From: Gammaproteobacteria bacterium
GTDB lineage: Bacteria; Pseudomonadota; Gammaproteobacteria; Arenicellales; JAJDZL01
Direction of reading: 5' to 3'
Length of the DNA: 64,000 bases
Assembly: GCA_047517965.1 (NCBI GenBank)
Contig: JAKZRU010000015.1
Coordinates: 10,982 to 74,981 of the forward strand
The position numbers were made by a program, and so were the translations under genes. Shown here piece by piece: positions 29,728 to 39,550 of this stretch (the first letter of the stretch is position 1; the number at the start of each line of letters is the position of its first letter). The notes below the pieces were generated by a model, which was not told the origin of the DNA, did no database searches, and saw nothing but the letters and a program-made list of their open reading frames with translations.

Positions 29728-31767
29728 CTAATCGTCTTCTGGATGATTAAATTCAGCACTCAGTTTTCTTTGAAGTTCCATGGGTGCTGGTTCATAAGAA
29801 CTGAATTCCATTATAAATGACCCTTCACCTCCAGTAATAGCATTCAATCTCGACTGAAAATCCGACATTTCAGCCACCGGAGCTGAACCTGAAATACGTA
29901 ACGAACCCGAAGCCAGAGAATCTGTGTCACTGATTCTGCCGCGCCGGGAGGATAGTTCTCCTGCAATATCACCCATGTTTGCACTTGGAGCAGTGATTGA
30001 AACATCTGCGATAGGCTCCAGAATGATCGGACCGGCTTTTGATACAGCATCAACGAATGCCTTCTTGCCGGCCATAACGAAAGCAACTTCCTTGGAATCG
30101 ACAGAATGGTGTTTTCCATCATGAACAACCACCCTGATGTCCATAATCGGAAATCCAGCAAACGCTCCAGTATCAAGCACCTGTCTGACACCTTTTTCTA
30201 CAGCAGGAATGAACTGTGATGGAATGACTCCACCGACAACATTGTCGACAAATTCAAACCCCTGCCCCCTAGTAGTTGGTTCAACTCGCAGAAATACCTC
30301 TCCGAATTGCCCCGCTCCACCAGTCTGTTTTTTGTGCCTGCAATGTCCTTCCGAGATTCTGGTTATTGTTTCTTGGTACGGTACAGTCGGCACAGAAGTA
30401 GATACCTCTACGTTGTAAACCTCATTCATCCGTTCAAGAGCAATTCGAAGGTGCAAATCTCCCAATCCTCTCAGAATCGTCTCATTGGCTGCGGGATTTC
30501 GATCCAAATTGAGGCAGGGATCCTCAGCCACAATCTTGTGCAAGGCTTCAGCTACTTTCTGTTCATCACCACGACTCGCCGGAGCGATAGCCAAGCCCAC
30601 CATAGGACTTGGAAACCGAACTGAATTTAGCTGAATAGGCGAATCGGTACTGGTCGCAACGAGAAAGTTGTTATGCCCAATTTCATCAATTTTCGCAACT
30701 CCTCGTATATCTCCCGGAATCCCTCCCGCGACATCCTCATGCTGCTTGCCTTGAAGTTGATACAGGTTGCTCAGACGAACCGGCTTCCGAGCGTCACCAA
30801 CATAAACCGGCGCATCCTTTTGAATTCTTCCCTGATAAATCCGAAAAACACTCAGCTTTCCGACAAATGGATCAAAGCCGATCTTGAATACATGAGCGAT
30901 GAGTTCCTTATCAGGGTCCGGATCAACATCAACGGGTTGCAATTCGCCTGCCAGGTCTTGCACAAATGTTGGTGCATTACCTTCTTTTGGATTTGGCAGC
31001 AAGTTGGTGATCAGAGAGAGCAGTTCCGAAATTCCGATTGATAACTGAGCAGAGGTGAAACAGACCGGAATCAGGTGTCCTTCCCGCATTGCTTGCTTGA
31101 ACACATCTGCAACCCGATCATCAGGCAATTCACCGGTCTCAAGATATTCTTCCATCAACTCTTCATCAACTTCGACAATCTGATCTGCAATTGAAGTGTG
31201 TGCATCTTCCACAGATGAAAAATCTGCTTCCCCACCACAATCAAATAGACATCCAACAACGGCCTTTCCACCGTCGGCAGGAAGATTGATCGCCAGGCAT
31301 TCGCTACCGAATTCCTCTTGAATTTCGTTATATGTAGACTCCAGATCGATGTCTTCGCAGTCAATCTTATTGATCACAATTGCTACACAGGCATTCGATT
31401 CTTTAGCCCAATCTATGAATCTTCGCGTCATTGTTTCGATTCCACTCTGGGCGTTGACTACGATTACTGCGGTTTCTACCGCATTTATAGTTGCCAATGC
31501 AGGACCGAGGAAATCAGAATACCCTGGTGTATCCACTAAATTGATGTGCGCTTCGCCGTGATCAAAAGACAGTACCGATGCTGCAAGCGAGCGTTGATGC
31601 TGCTTCTCGAGAACATCCTGATCGCTGACTGTATTCTTTCGCGCTATTTCACCCTTTGTTGGTATTACCTCTGCTTCGTGCAGTAAAGCCTCAGTTAAAG
31701 TTGTTTTTCCAGCTCCGGCTTGTCCCAATAGCACTAGGTTCCGAATATCATCAGTGGTGTACGGCAT
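29728..31767 (-). CDS. Elongation factor G paralogue (EF-G2-like)
   Basis: GQAGAGKTT, DTPG, NKID, GLGDLHL, HKKQTGGAGQFGEV, DGKHHSVDS; effector RGITI replaced by HQRSL; not in a str operon. Confidence 0.9.
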   Translation of the reverse strand: MPYTTDDIRNLVLLGQAGAGKTTLTEALLHEAEVIPTKGEIARKNTVSDQDVLEKQHQRSLAASVLSFDHGEAHINLVDTPGYSDFLGPALATINAVETAVIVVNAQSGIETMTRRFIDWAKESNACVAIVINKIDCEDIDLESTYNEIQEEFGSECLAINLPADGGKAVVGCLFDCGGEADFSSVEDAHTSIADQIVEVDEELMEEYLETGELPDDRVADVFKQAMREGHLIPVCFTSAQLSIGISELLSLITNLLPNPKEGNAPTFVQDLAGELQPVDVDPDPDKELIAHVFKIGFDPFVGKLSVFRIYQGRIQKDAPVYVGDARKPVRLSNLYQLQGKQHEDVAGGIPGDIRGVAKIDEIGHNNFLVATSTDSPIQLNSVRFPSPMVGLAIAPASRGDEQKVAEALHKIVAEDPCLNLDRNPAANETILRGLGDLHLRIALERMNEVYNVEVSTSVPTVPYQETITRISEGHCRHKKQTGGAGQFGEVFLRVEPTTRGQGFEFVDNVVGGVIPSQFIPAVEKGVRQVLDTGAFAGFPIMDIRVVVHDGKHHSVDSKEVAFVMAGKKAFVDAVSKAGPIILEPIADVSITAPSANMGDIAGELSSRRGRISDTDSLASGSLRISGSAPVAEMSDFQSRLNAITGGEGSFIMEFSSYEPAPMELQRKLSAEFNHPEDD

Positions 31768-31815
31768 TAATTCCTCCAGGATTTCTATTGAAAGTGAACC
31801 GTTTTCTCATTTAAC

Positions 31816-33318
31816 TCAACTTATACGAGAAAGAGCGAATTTGTCGATTATAGGGTAAGGCGATTCCAGTTCAATTTCGTTAGTGTTTTCGTCTGGATTG
31901 CTTCGATCAATCACGATAAATTCCTGCTCATCACCTAATGCAAGCAAAAAGTGGTGCCAAACACCTCGCTTGTAGTTGACACCCTGCTTGCCGTTCGTTA
32001 CGAACAATCGCAGGTTGTTAACGTTAAATTCCTTTGAAGGCTTGGCTACAACGATTAAAAATTTTCCATCTCCTCTTGGAATGAACGCTTGGCTTGCGCA
32101 TGGATGTTGTTCCATTCGAGTGATGGAAAATGGCAATGCAATCGGTCGAGACCCAAAAATACTCAAAGCGGGCGCTCCACCTTCTACAAGATCAAGCGAT
32201 GCGAGATTTTCATAACGATCAGCATATCCTTGATTGATTTTTCTGGAACTTCGATTTTCAATTTCAATCACATCTCCATACGGTTGAAAACTTTCTTGAG
32301 TCAGCGGCTCTGGAACCAACGAAATCAAATGGGGGTCGGAAATCGTACCAAAAACTCTTAATCGGCTTACCCCACCATCTGGATATATCTCTAATTTCAC
32401 ATGAGATACAGCCCCAACATGATTGATTTCATTTGAAAATATGTGATTAGTATCGGCTTGGGTAGTAGCTTTGTTCAACAGAGTACGCCATGACGTGTTG
32501 CTGTCTGTCAGATGTTCAATCTGGGCGCCTGGAGCGAAAATTCCGCGTACTGCACACATCGCCGGGTAATTGCCTTTGTAATGTAATGTGTCTACTTCAA
32601 TTTTCTTGACCAGCCCCGGATGGCCGAGTTGAACCACCACCCAATCGTGACCTTCACCCCTGCGGCGTCTGGTTTCCCAGCCGTCTCCCATGTTTTCCGC
32701 CTTGTCAGGGTTCAGAAGGTTCCACATACTGCCGAAATGCATATCGCTACAAGCGACTGCTATGCCACCGTTTCTAACTGCCGCGAGATCGACTAGTTCC
32801 TGCTTTTTGACATTACTCCAATCTCTGTGCACTGCCCCATAAACACGTAGCCGCGCGACACCTCCGTCAGGATAGATGTTCAATCTCAAGTAACTCCAAT
32901 TTTCAATGGAAGCGACGTCGAACACATTGTGTGCATCCCCCTGAAGGGAAGATTTAGGAATAAGTTCCTGCCAGACAGTGGAGTCATCCGGGTCGGATTG
33001 AGTGTCACAAGCTTCTATCATCGCTTGTTCGGGATAATTTCCAGTAAAGTGGGAAGTATCGATGTCTACTCCATGAATTTTTCCACGACAGATTTTAATA
33101 ATGCAATAGTCATGCCCCGGACTCCTTCGACGACGCGATTCCCATCCATCCATCCATTTCCCGCGATCTGTGAATTCGCTCACAATGAATACTGGAGGTT
33201 GCGGCTTGAGCAGCCCTTCTTTTTCAGCGAAGAAATCGTCTGTTGCATAGAGTACTTCAGCACCGAGTCTTGGTTGAGCTAAATTGACATAGCGCTCAAG
33301 GTCTTGCAAGTCGGTCAT
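31816..33318 (-). CDS. alc: Allantoicase fused to C-terminal ureidoglycolate lyase
   Basis: Two allantoicase repeats (DGWESRRRR/DGWETRRRR; YPDGGV.RLRV.G twice), then AllA-like PEPLT..F.PYGDVI, MEQHP..SQAFIP, GVNY..GVWHH. Confidence 0.9.
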   Translation of the reverse strand: MTDLQDLERYVNLAQPRLGAEVLYATDDFFAEKEGLLKPQPPVFIVSEFTDRGKWMDGWESRRRRSPGHDYCIIKICRGKIHGVDIDTSHFTGNYPEQAMIEACDTQSDPDDSTVWQELIPKSSLQGDAHNVFDVASIENWSYLRLNIYPDGGVARLRVYGAVHRDWSNVKKQELVDLAAVRNGGIAVACSDMHFGSMWNLLNPDKAENMGDGWETRRRRGEGHDWVVVQLGHPGLVKKIEVDTLHYKGNYPAMCAVRGIFAPGAQIEHLTDSNTSWRTLLNKATTQADTNHIFSNEINHVGAVSHVKLEIYPDGGVSRLRVFGTISDPHLISLVPEPLTQESFQPYGDVIEIENRSSRKINQGYADRYENLASLDLVEGGAPALSIFGSRPIALPFSITRMEQHPCASQAFIPRGDGKFLIVVAKPSKEFNVNNLRLFVTNGKQGVNYKRGVWHHFLLALGDEQEFIVIDRSNPDENTNEIELESPYPIIDKFALSRIS

Positions 33319-33320
33319 TT

Positions 33321-34244
33321 TTATCTGTCAGAAAGTTCTGTTTTGAGAAAATTTTCAATCCAATGATTGGCAATATCAATTCGGCGACACAACCACACAT
33401 CATCAAATGAAGTTACATATTCAAGGAAACGAGCAACACTTGCCGCCCTCCCGGGTCGCCCTGCCAACCTGCAATGCAAACCAACCGACATCATTTTGGG
33501 GGCTTCTTTCCCTTCTGAATAAAGAAGATCAAAAGTATCTTTCAAATAGGAAAAAAACTGATCACCTGAATTGAAACCTTGGGGAGTCGCAAATCGCATA
33601 TCGTTGACATCCAGAGTATAGGGAATTACGAGATGCGGGGTACCATGTTGATGATCCCAAAATGGCAAATCGTCACTGTAATTGTCAGCATCATATAGAA
33701 ACCCTCCTTCTTCTACAACCAGGCGGCGAGTGTTCGGGCTGGTTCGGCCTGTATACCACCCAAGCGGGCGTCGCCCCGTAACATTTTCAATTGCTGCGAT
33801 GGCTAGGCCAATATGTTCGCGCTCCTGATCTTCATTTACATATTGGTAGTCAATCCATCTATATCCATGACTGCAGATTTCATGACCGGCATCTACCATC
33901 GCTTTAATTACTGCCGGATAGCGTTCGACGGCCATTCCAACCGCAAATACCGTCACAGGAACCTGATACTCTTCGAATATTCGCAACAACCGCCAAACAC
34001 CGGCTCTGGAACCATACTCATATATGGATTCCATGCTCATGTGACGAACACCTTTTCTTGCATCCGCTCCCACAATTTCCGATAGAAATGCCTCCGACGC
34101 AGAGTCACCATGCAGGATGCAGTTTTCGCCTCCCTCTTCATAGTTCAACACAATCTGCACGGCAATGCGTGCATTGTTTGGCCAGCGAGGATGTGGCGGC
34201 TGCTGCCCATAGCCGGCAAGATTTCGCGGATACTGACTATCCAT
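33321..34244 (-). CDS. puuE: Allantoinase PuuE (polysaccharide deacetylase fold)
   Basis: YPRNLAGYG, VLNYEEGGE, SEAFLSEI, ESIYEYGSRAG, HGYRWI, GWYTGR, MMSVGLHCRL.GRPGR. Confidence 0.93.
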   Translation of the reverse strand: MDSQYPRNLAGYGQQPPHPRWPNNARIAVQIVLNYEEGGENCILHGDSASEAFLSEIVGADARKGVRHMSMESIYEYGSRAGVWRLLRIFEEYQVPVTVFAVGMAVERYPAVIKAMVDAGHEICSHGYRWIDYQYVNEDQEREHIGLAIAAIENVTGRRPLGWYTGRTSPNTRRLVVEEGGFLYDADNYSDDLPFWDHQHGTPHLVIPYTLDVNDMRFATPQGFNSGDQFFSYLKDTFDLLYSEGKEAPKMMSVGLHCRLAGRPGRAASVARFLEYVTSFDDVWLCRRIDIANHWIENFLKTELSDR

Positions 34245-34861
34245 AAAATTGAGATACCACTAGTGTGATGAACAACCTGTTTATTCTATTGTTTTCAGAA
34301 CCACCTGTTGGTCCAACGACAAAGAAAATTGGTAAAATTTAAAGGATTTATATATTTAAGTTTGCAACCTTAGTTCATTTCCATTATATTGTGCTGATCT
34401 ACCGAACCAACAAATTCTGTTCGTGACGGAGGTTTGAAATTTCGCTGAATTTCAAAATCGACATTCACTTTCTTGACATGACCTCCTCCTTTAAAATTTG
34501 AGGATTGTCAAAAATAGTTGACGAGTTAGAAATTACTCTCAATCTCTTGATTTCTGGAATCAATTGAATTTGCGAATTTAACGCCAGAAGATTTGAAACT
34601 ACATAATCGAGTTCAAAATAGGTTTTCAGAGGAGCTAGTTTTCCTGGCGTACATTAACTCGCATAATTTGTTGACTATCCTACTATTTGAAACCACATTT
34701 CAAAATTTTCGTTTGTCGAAACCTCTCGCTCTTTCTCGCTACCCAGCTCGAATCCTCGCGAATGTTTCCTTTTTAACCGCCTAGTTTAGAGCGTCTGCAG
34801 ATTGACGGTTGATAGTCGTCGGATGTTGATTTTGTTTGAATAGGTAGGAAATTTTGGTCTT

Positions 34862-35659
34862 TCAACGCCGCGCTGAAACGCCACCGTCCACGTAGATCAC
34901 TTGACCGGTGATGAAATCAGCCGCAGGTGAGGCAAGAAATACAGCCGTTCCTGCCACGTCCTTGGGTTCGGGGATGCGGCCTATAGGAATGCTGTTCGTC
35001 AGTTCCGCCCGCGTCTCCGGGTTTTCAAGCAATTTTTTGATCATGTCGGTTGCTACATACGTCGGTCCCACACCATTCACTTGAATGTTGTGCGGCGCTA
35101 ATTCTAACGCATGCTGGCGTACCAGCATAATCAACGCACCCTTGGTTGCACAATAGGCGGAATATCCCTTGCCAAAGAATCCTCGGTGCGCGCTTACCGA
35201 TAACATGTGGATTTGCTTGCCACCGCGCTGCGCCACGATTTGGTGGCGAGAAGCGGCCTGGCTGAGAAACATCGAGGACTTCAGATTGGCGTTGTAGACT
35301 TGATCAAAGGCGAGCTCGGTCACGTCGAGCAGCGATTGCTCGATATTCATCCCGACGCAATTGACTAGAATATCGATCCCACCAAGTTGATCTGCCGCCT
35401 TATCGACACCTTGGTTGATATCAGCCACCTTTGTGGCGTCCATCTGCACACTGAAAGCACCAGTTCCGAACATAGCTAGTTTCTCAGAGAAGGCCACGGC
35501 TTTCTCAGCGTCTCGCCCCGCTACGGCAACACGGGCACCACGAGAAGCGAGACCGTATGAAATGGCGCTACCGAGCCCACCGTATCCACCGACCACTAGA
35601 GCCGATTTGTTATTGAGATCGAACATGGCATTCATTTCCGGTTGTCTTTGCGTTTTCAT
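34862..35659 (-). CDS. SDR family oxidoreductase (gluconate 5-dehydrogenase/KduD-like)
   Basis: VGGYGGLG, YCATK, VNGVGP, TGQVIYVDGG. Confidence 0.85.
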   Translation of the reverse strand: MKTQRQPEMNAMFDLNNKSALVVGGYGGLGSAISYGLASRGARVAVAGRDAEKAVAFSEKLAMFGTGAFSVQMDATKVADINQGVDKAADQLGGIDILVNCVGMNIEQSLLDVTELAFDQVYNANLKSSMFLSQAASRHQIVAQRGGKQIHMLSVSAHRGFFGKGYSAYCATKGALIMLVRQHALELAPHNIQVNGVGPTYVATDMIKKLLENPETRAELTNSIPIGRIPEPKDVAGTAVFLASPAADFITGQVIYVDGGVSARR

Positions 35660-35689
35660 GAGTTTGAATCCGTGCTGTTTCGCGATTCA

Positions 35690-36445
35690 TTAGTCTAGGT
35701 GCAGACCACCGTTGATATCGACAATCTCGCCAGTAATAAAGCCAGCAAGCGGTGATGCCAGAAACCGTATTAGGTGAGCGACTTCCTTGGCTTCACAGAA
35801 TCGTCCCACAGGGATTTCGGCCAGTAGCTTTTTACGTTGATCTTCGTTCAGTTGTTCGGTGACCATGGGGGTTTTGATGTAGGCTGGCGCTACGCCGTTT
35901 ACGGTTACTCCAAAACCCGCTACTTCTCGAGCCAAAGAAAATGTCAGTGTGCCCATGCCGCCCTTCGACGTCGTGTAAGCAGTTCCCGCCGTCAAGCCTC
36001 CCGTTTTCGCCGCGAGCGAGCAGACGTTGATGATGCGCCCCCAACCCTTTGCTTTCATCCCTGGCAGACAGGCGCGGCTGAGGTAAAATGCGCCGTCTAA
36101 GTTGACACTCATGATTCGCCGCCATTCCTCGGGTGAGGTTTCGGCGGACTTGTTGTTGGAGAGAATTCCAGCGTTGTTTACCAAGACATCTACTCCATCG
36201 TGGTTTTCGACAATTCTCTTACAAGCCGCATTGACCATGTCGGGGTCGCTGACGTCCAGTACGAGCGGCACGGCCGCTTCGCCAATTTGTGAAGCCAATT
36301 CTGGCAGGCGATCGGCTTCGATGTCGGCCAACACGACGGTCATACCCTCAGCCGCCAGTGCTTCGGCGGTAGCAAACCCAAGCACACCGCCGGCCCCAGT
36401 CACAAGAGCGGTCTTCCCTTGCAGTGAATCCATGCTCTTACTCAC
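35690..36445 (-). CDS. SDR family oxidoreductase (FabG-like)
   Basis: TGAGGVLG, NNAG, YTTSK, TGEIVDINGG. Confidence 0.88.
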   Translation of the reverse strand: MSKSMDSLQGKTALVTGAGGVLGFATAEALAAEGMTVVLADIEADRLPELASQIGEAAVPLVLDVSDPDMVNAACKRIVENHDGVDVLVNNAGILSNNKSAETSPEEWRRIMSVNLDGAFYLSRACLPGMKAKGWGRIINVCSLAAKTGGLTAGTAYTTSKGGMGTLTFSLAREVAGFGVTVNGVAPAYIKTPMVTEQLNEDQRKKLLAEIPVGRFCEAKEVAHLIRFLASPLAGFITGEIVDINGGLHLD

Positions 36446-37069
36446 TCAAGCCGCAGTCAATGCGAGTTTCCCCAAATAATCGCGTACCACGTGATGGTCC
36501 AAAAGAGTCGTGAAATTCGGTGATTGAGTCAACTTACCGTTCTGTACGAAGATATAACGTTCACAAATGTCCTGCATGATTTCCAAGTGGAACGGTTCGG
36601 TGGGGTGCAGGCAGAGAAAAACGACCCTCCCGTCAGCACGAAGCTTGGCGAAGAATTCCAGCATAAATCCGATATAACCATCTTGAGCGTTGAACTGAGG
36701 TTCGTCGAACAAGTGTACCATAGGGTAATCGCTGTCTGCACGTCTCATCAAAAACGCTGGTTTGGTTCGTTTGAAATGTCGAACCTGATAGGACTGATGG
36801 TAGTGGATGGCGAGGCGGTCACGCTCACGGTATTTTACGTTGTGGATGTCGCGCCCCATGCAAAGAACCTTTCCGGATGTCGGTTTGTTGGAACCCGTGA
36901 TGAGTTCGAACAAGGTCGTCTTTCCGGACCCGTTCGGTCCCATCACGCCGACGACGGCCGGTTCCGCTACACTGACAGTCGCCTCCAGACGAAAGGTCTC
37001 CTTTCTGGTGACTACTCCCTGTGTATAGGTCTTGACTAGATTGCGCACTTCCAAAATAGATGTTGCCAT
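36446..37069 (-). CDS. Atypical short ABC ATPase lacking helical subdomain/signature motif
   Basis: Walker A GPNGSGKTT, Q-loop HYHQ, Walker B HLFDEP, H-switch CLHP; no LSGGQ; abuts both neighbours. Confidence 0.75.
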   Translation of the reverse strand: MATSILEVRNLVKTYTQGVVTRKETFRLEATVSVAEPAVVGVMGPNGSGKTTLFELITGSNKPTSGKVLCMGRDIHNVKYRERDRLAIHYHQSYQVRHFKRTKPAFLMRRADSDYPMVHLFDEPQFNAQDGYIGFMLEFFAKLRADGRVVFLCLHPTEPFHLEIMQDICERYIFVQNGKLTQSPNFTTLLDHHVVRDYLGKLALTAA

Positions 37070-37072
37070 GGA

Positions 37073-37771
37073 CTAGACCCCCAACATTCGTTCGCGTAAC
37101 TCGGGGTGATCCAGTAGTTCTCTGGCTCGCCCTTCGTGAACGATTCGTCCACGATCCATAACGTAGACCCGGTCACTTACGTCAAGCGCACTAAGCGCAT
37201 TTTGTTCGACCACTAATACGGAGACGCCTTCGTTTTTCAGGCGAGTAATCGTTTTCATGACGTCCTGCACGACTTTAGGCGCCAAGCCCTGACTAGGTTC
37301 GTCGAACAGTACCAGGCCCGGAGAACCGAGCAGCGCTCGTGAAATTGCCACCATCTGCATCTCGCCACCGGATAGGTTTTCACACTCTCGCCCCATAAGG
37401 TATTCCAACGCCGAGAATATCTCGTAAATTTGCTGTAACTCCCATTGGCGGAAACGGGTTTTCTTGCGCGCGATCGTAAGGTTTCGTTCGACGGTGAGAG
37501 TCGGGAAAATACGCCGGTCATCTGGTACCCAGCCGACCCCAGCGCTGGCGATTTTGTGTGTCGGCTGATCGGTTATATCTTGGCCGTCGAACCGGATGCG
37601 TCCCTTGGCGGCTGGCGTGAGTCCTAGAATGGAACGGATAGTGGTGGTCTTGCCAGCGCCGTTCGGACCAAGCAGACTCACGACTTCGCCGGCTCCGACT
37701 TCCAAGGAAACATCGAACAGAGCCTGTGTTTCGCCGTAAAAGGAGTCAATGCCCTGAATATCCAATATCAC
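37073..37771 (-). CDS. Branched-chain amino acid-type ABC transporter ATP-binding protein (LivF-like)
   Basis: GPNGAGKTT, LSGGEMQM, FDEPSQGLAP, VEQN; GTG start overlapping upstream TGA. Confidence 0.92.
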   Translation of the reverse strand: MILDIQGIDSFYGETQALFDVSLEVGAGEVVSLLGPNGAGKTTTIRSILGLTPAAKGRIRFDGQDITDQPTHKIASAGVGWVPDDRRIFPTLTVERNLTIARKKTRFRQWELQQIYEIFSALEYLMGRECENLSGGEMQMVAISRALLGSPGLVLFDEPSQGLAPKVVQDVMKTITRLKNEGVSVLVVEQNALSALDVSDRVYVMDRGRIVHEGRARELLDHPELRERMLGV

Positions 37772-38511
37772 TTCAGCATCCCCAGATTCGAGGCTTGCAC
37801 CCACTTATTAGCTCTAAGTTCGTCGGGAGTTCCTTGGGTAATAACTTGGCCCCAGTGAATGACTGAAATCTTATCGGCGAGTTCGAACAAAAAACGCATT
37901 TCATGTTCAATAATTACGATCGTGTAGAGCTCTTTCAGGGACTCCACGAGTTTCGCCAGCTTTACCGTGGCTTCGCTCCCCATCCCAGCGGTGGGTTCAT
38001 CGAGGAACAAAAGTTTAGGGTCAGCGGCAAGTGCCACACCTATTTCCAAGGCTCGGCGGTTGCCATAAGAAAGGCTCTTTGCCTCCTCACGTTCGAATCC
38101 TTTTAAACCAACCCGTGCTAGAACGGCTTCCGCTCGGTCCGCTGCGCCACTATCGCCAACCAGGTTGCGAGTGATGTTGAAACCCGCATCGCGAATCTCA
38201 GGAAGGGCAACAAGGATGTTTTCAAGGACCGTATAGTCGTCGAATAAATTAATGATCTGAAAGGATCGCGAAATACCCTTGCAGGCGATGTTCCGCGGCG
38301 ACAGGCCCGTTATGTCGTGACCATCGAAAACCACGCGGCCGCGATCCGGTTTGTAACGACCGGTCAGGACGTTGAAACAGGTAGTTTTACCGGCACCGTT
38401 AGGCCCCATAATTCCCGACAACTGGCCCGCTTCAAAGCTCAGGTTAATCTCCTCCAAGACGACTTGATCGCCGAAACGCTTGTGAATCGATTGTGCTTCG
38501 AAGAACGCCAT
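37768..38511 (-). CDS. Branched-chain amino acid-type ABC transporter ATP-binding protein (LivG-like)
   Basis: GPNGAGKTT, LSYGNRR, LDEPTAG, IEHEM. Confidence 0.92.
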   Translation of the reverse strand: MAFFEAQSIHKRFGDQVVLEEINLSFEAGQLSGIMGPNGAGKTTCFNVLTGRYKPDRGRVVFDGHDITGLSPRNIACKGISRSFQIINLFDDYTVLENILVALPEIRDAGFNITRNLVGDSGAADRAEAVLARVGLKGFEREEAKSLSYGNRRALEIGVALAADPKLLFLDEPTAGMGSEATVKLAKLVESLKELYTIVIIEHEMRFLFELADKISVIHWGQVITQGTPDELRANKWVQASNLGMLK

Positions 38512-38531
38512 CGCCTAACTCCTCGCCAACA

Positions 38532-39545
38532 CTACGAGATTGTTGGAGGCCGTCGTGCCGATTTTTTACTCGCCACCTTTGATACGGCTTCTGTCCAATC
38601 CTGCAAGATGCCGGCGGCGCCTTCCGGTTTGAACAACACCATCGCCATAAAAATGAGGCCATACCAAAGCAGCCAGGTTTCGGTCAGTGACCCAAGGAGG
38701 TCGCGGGCCAAAAAGAATATCACGACGCCGATCACCGGCCCCCAGAAACTGACAAACCCCCCGCCTACCAGCGTCATCATGACGACGAATCCTGACGCGT
38801 GCAGGCTCATGACATCCGGGTAAGCGCTTTCTTGAGCCATGGCGAATAAACCGCCAGCCAACCCCGCGATGCCAGCGGAAATAGTGAACACGAGCCACTT
38901 GTAGAGCCAGACGTTGTAGCCGACGAACCTAGCCCTCATCTCATTTTGTTTGATGGCTTGGATTACTTTACCGAAGGGCGAGTGAACCAGTCGCCAGAGT
39001 CCGACGACGACCACGGCGAAGACGCAGAGCACCAGATAGTACAGCGCAGTGTTGGTCTTGAGGGAGAACTCCAGAAACCCTAGCTCCACAACTGGGCGCG
39101 GAATGTTCAGAAGCCCGTCTTCGCCGCCTGTCACAGTGTGCCATTTTATGGAGATGAACCAGAAAATTTGACCGAAAGCGATGGTCAGAAGTGCGAAATA
39201 GATTCCTCGACGGTGCGAAACAAATACCGCGACTAAAGCCCCTCCGATCGCGGCAAGAATGATCGCTGCGACAAGTCCAAACCAAAGGTTCTGCATGACG
39301 TTTAGTTGAAAAAGACCGAAACCGTAGGCACCAAGACCAAAATATGCACCGTGCCCGAAAGACGGTAGTCCCGTGTAACCGAGCAGCAGGTTGAAGCCCA
39401 GTGCAAATATCATCCAGATCACGATCTCGACACCTAAGTAAGTGTAGAAACCAACCGGGCCGATCCATTGCGGCAAGGTCACCAAGATGATCAAGACCAC
39501 GACCATCGGCCAACTGACTACAGTACCGGAACCGGTTAATCCCAT
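38532..39545 (-). CDS. Branched-chain amino acid-type ABC permease (LivM-like)
   Basis: NLLLGYTGLPSFGH, YFALLTIAF, TGGEDG, SPFG...AIKQNE. Confidence 0.9.
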   Translation of the reverse strand: MGLTGSGTVVSWPMVVVLIILVTLPQWIGPVGFYTYLGVEIVIWMIFALGFNLLLGYTGLPSFGHGAYFGLGAYGFGLFQLNVMQNLWFGLVAAIILAAIGGALVAVFVSHRRGIYFALLTIAFGQIFWFISIKWHTVTGGEDGLLNIPRPVVELGFLEFSLKTNTALYYLVLCVFAVVVVGLWRLVHSPFGKVIQAIKQNEMRARFVGYNVWLYKWLVFTISAGIAGLAGGLFAMAQESAYPDVMSLHASGFVVMMTLVGGGFVSFWGPVIGVVIFFLARDLLGSLTETWLLWYGLIFMAMVLFKPEGAAGILQDWTEAVSKVASKKSARRPPTIS

Positions 39546-39550
39546 GAGCT

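Noticed and set aside
29728-31767. Calling this the housekeeping fusA
   Set aside because: Lacks RGITI and the rpsL-rpsG-tuf context
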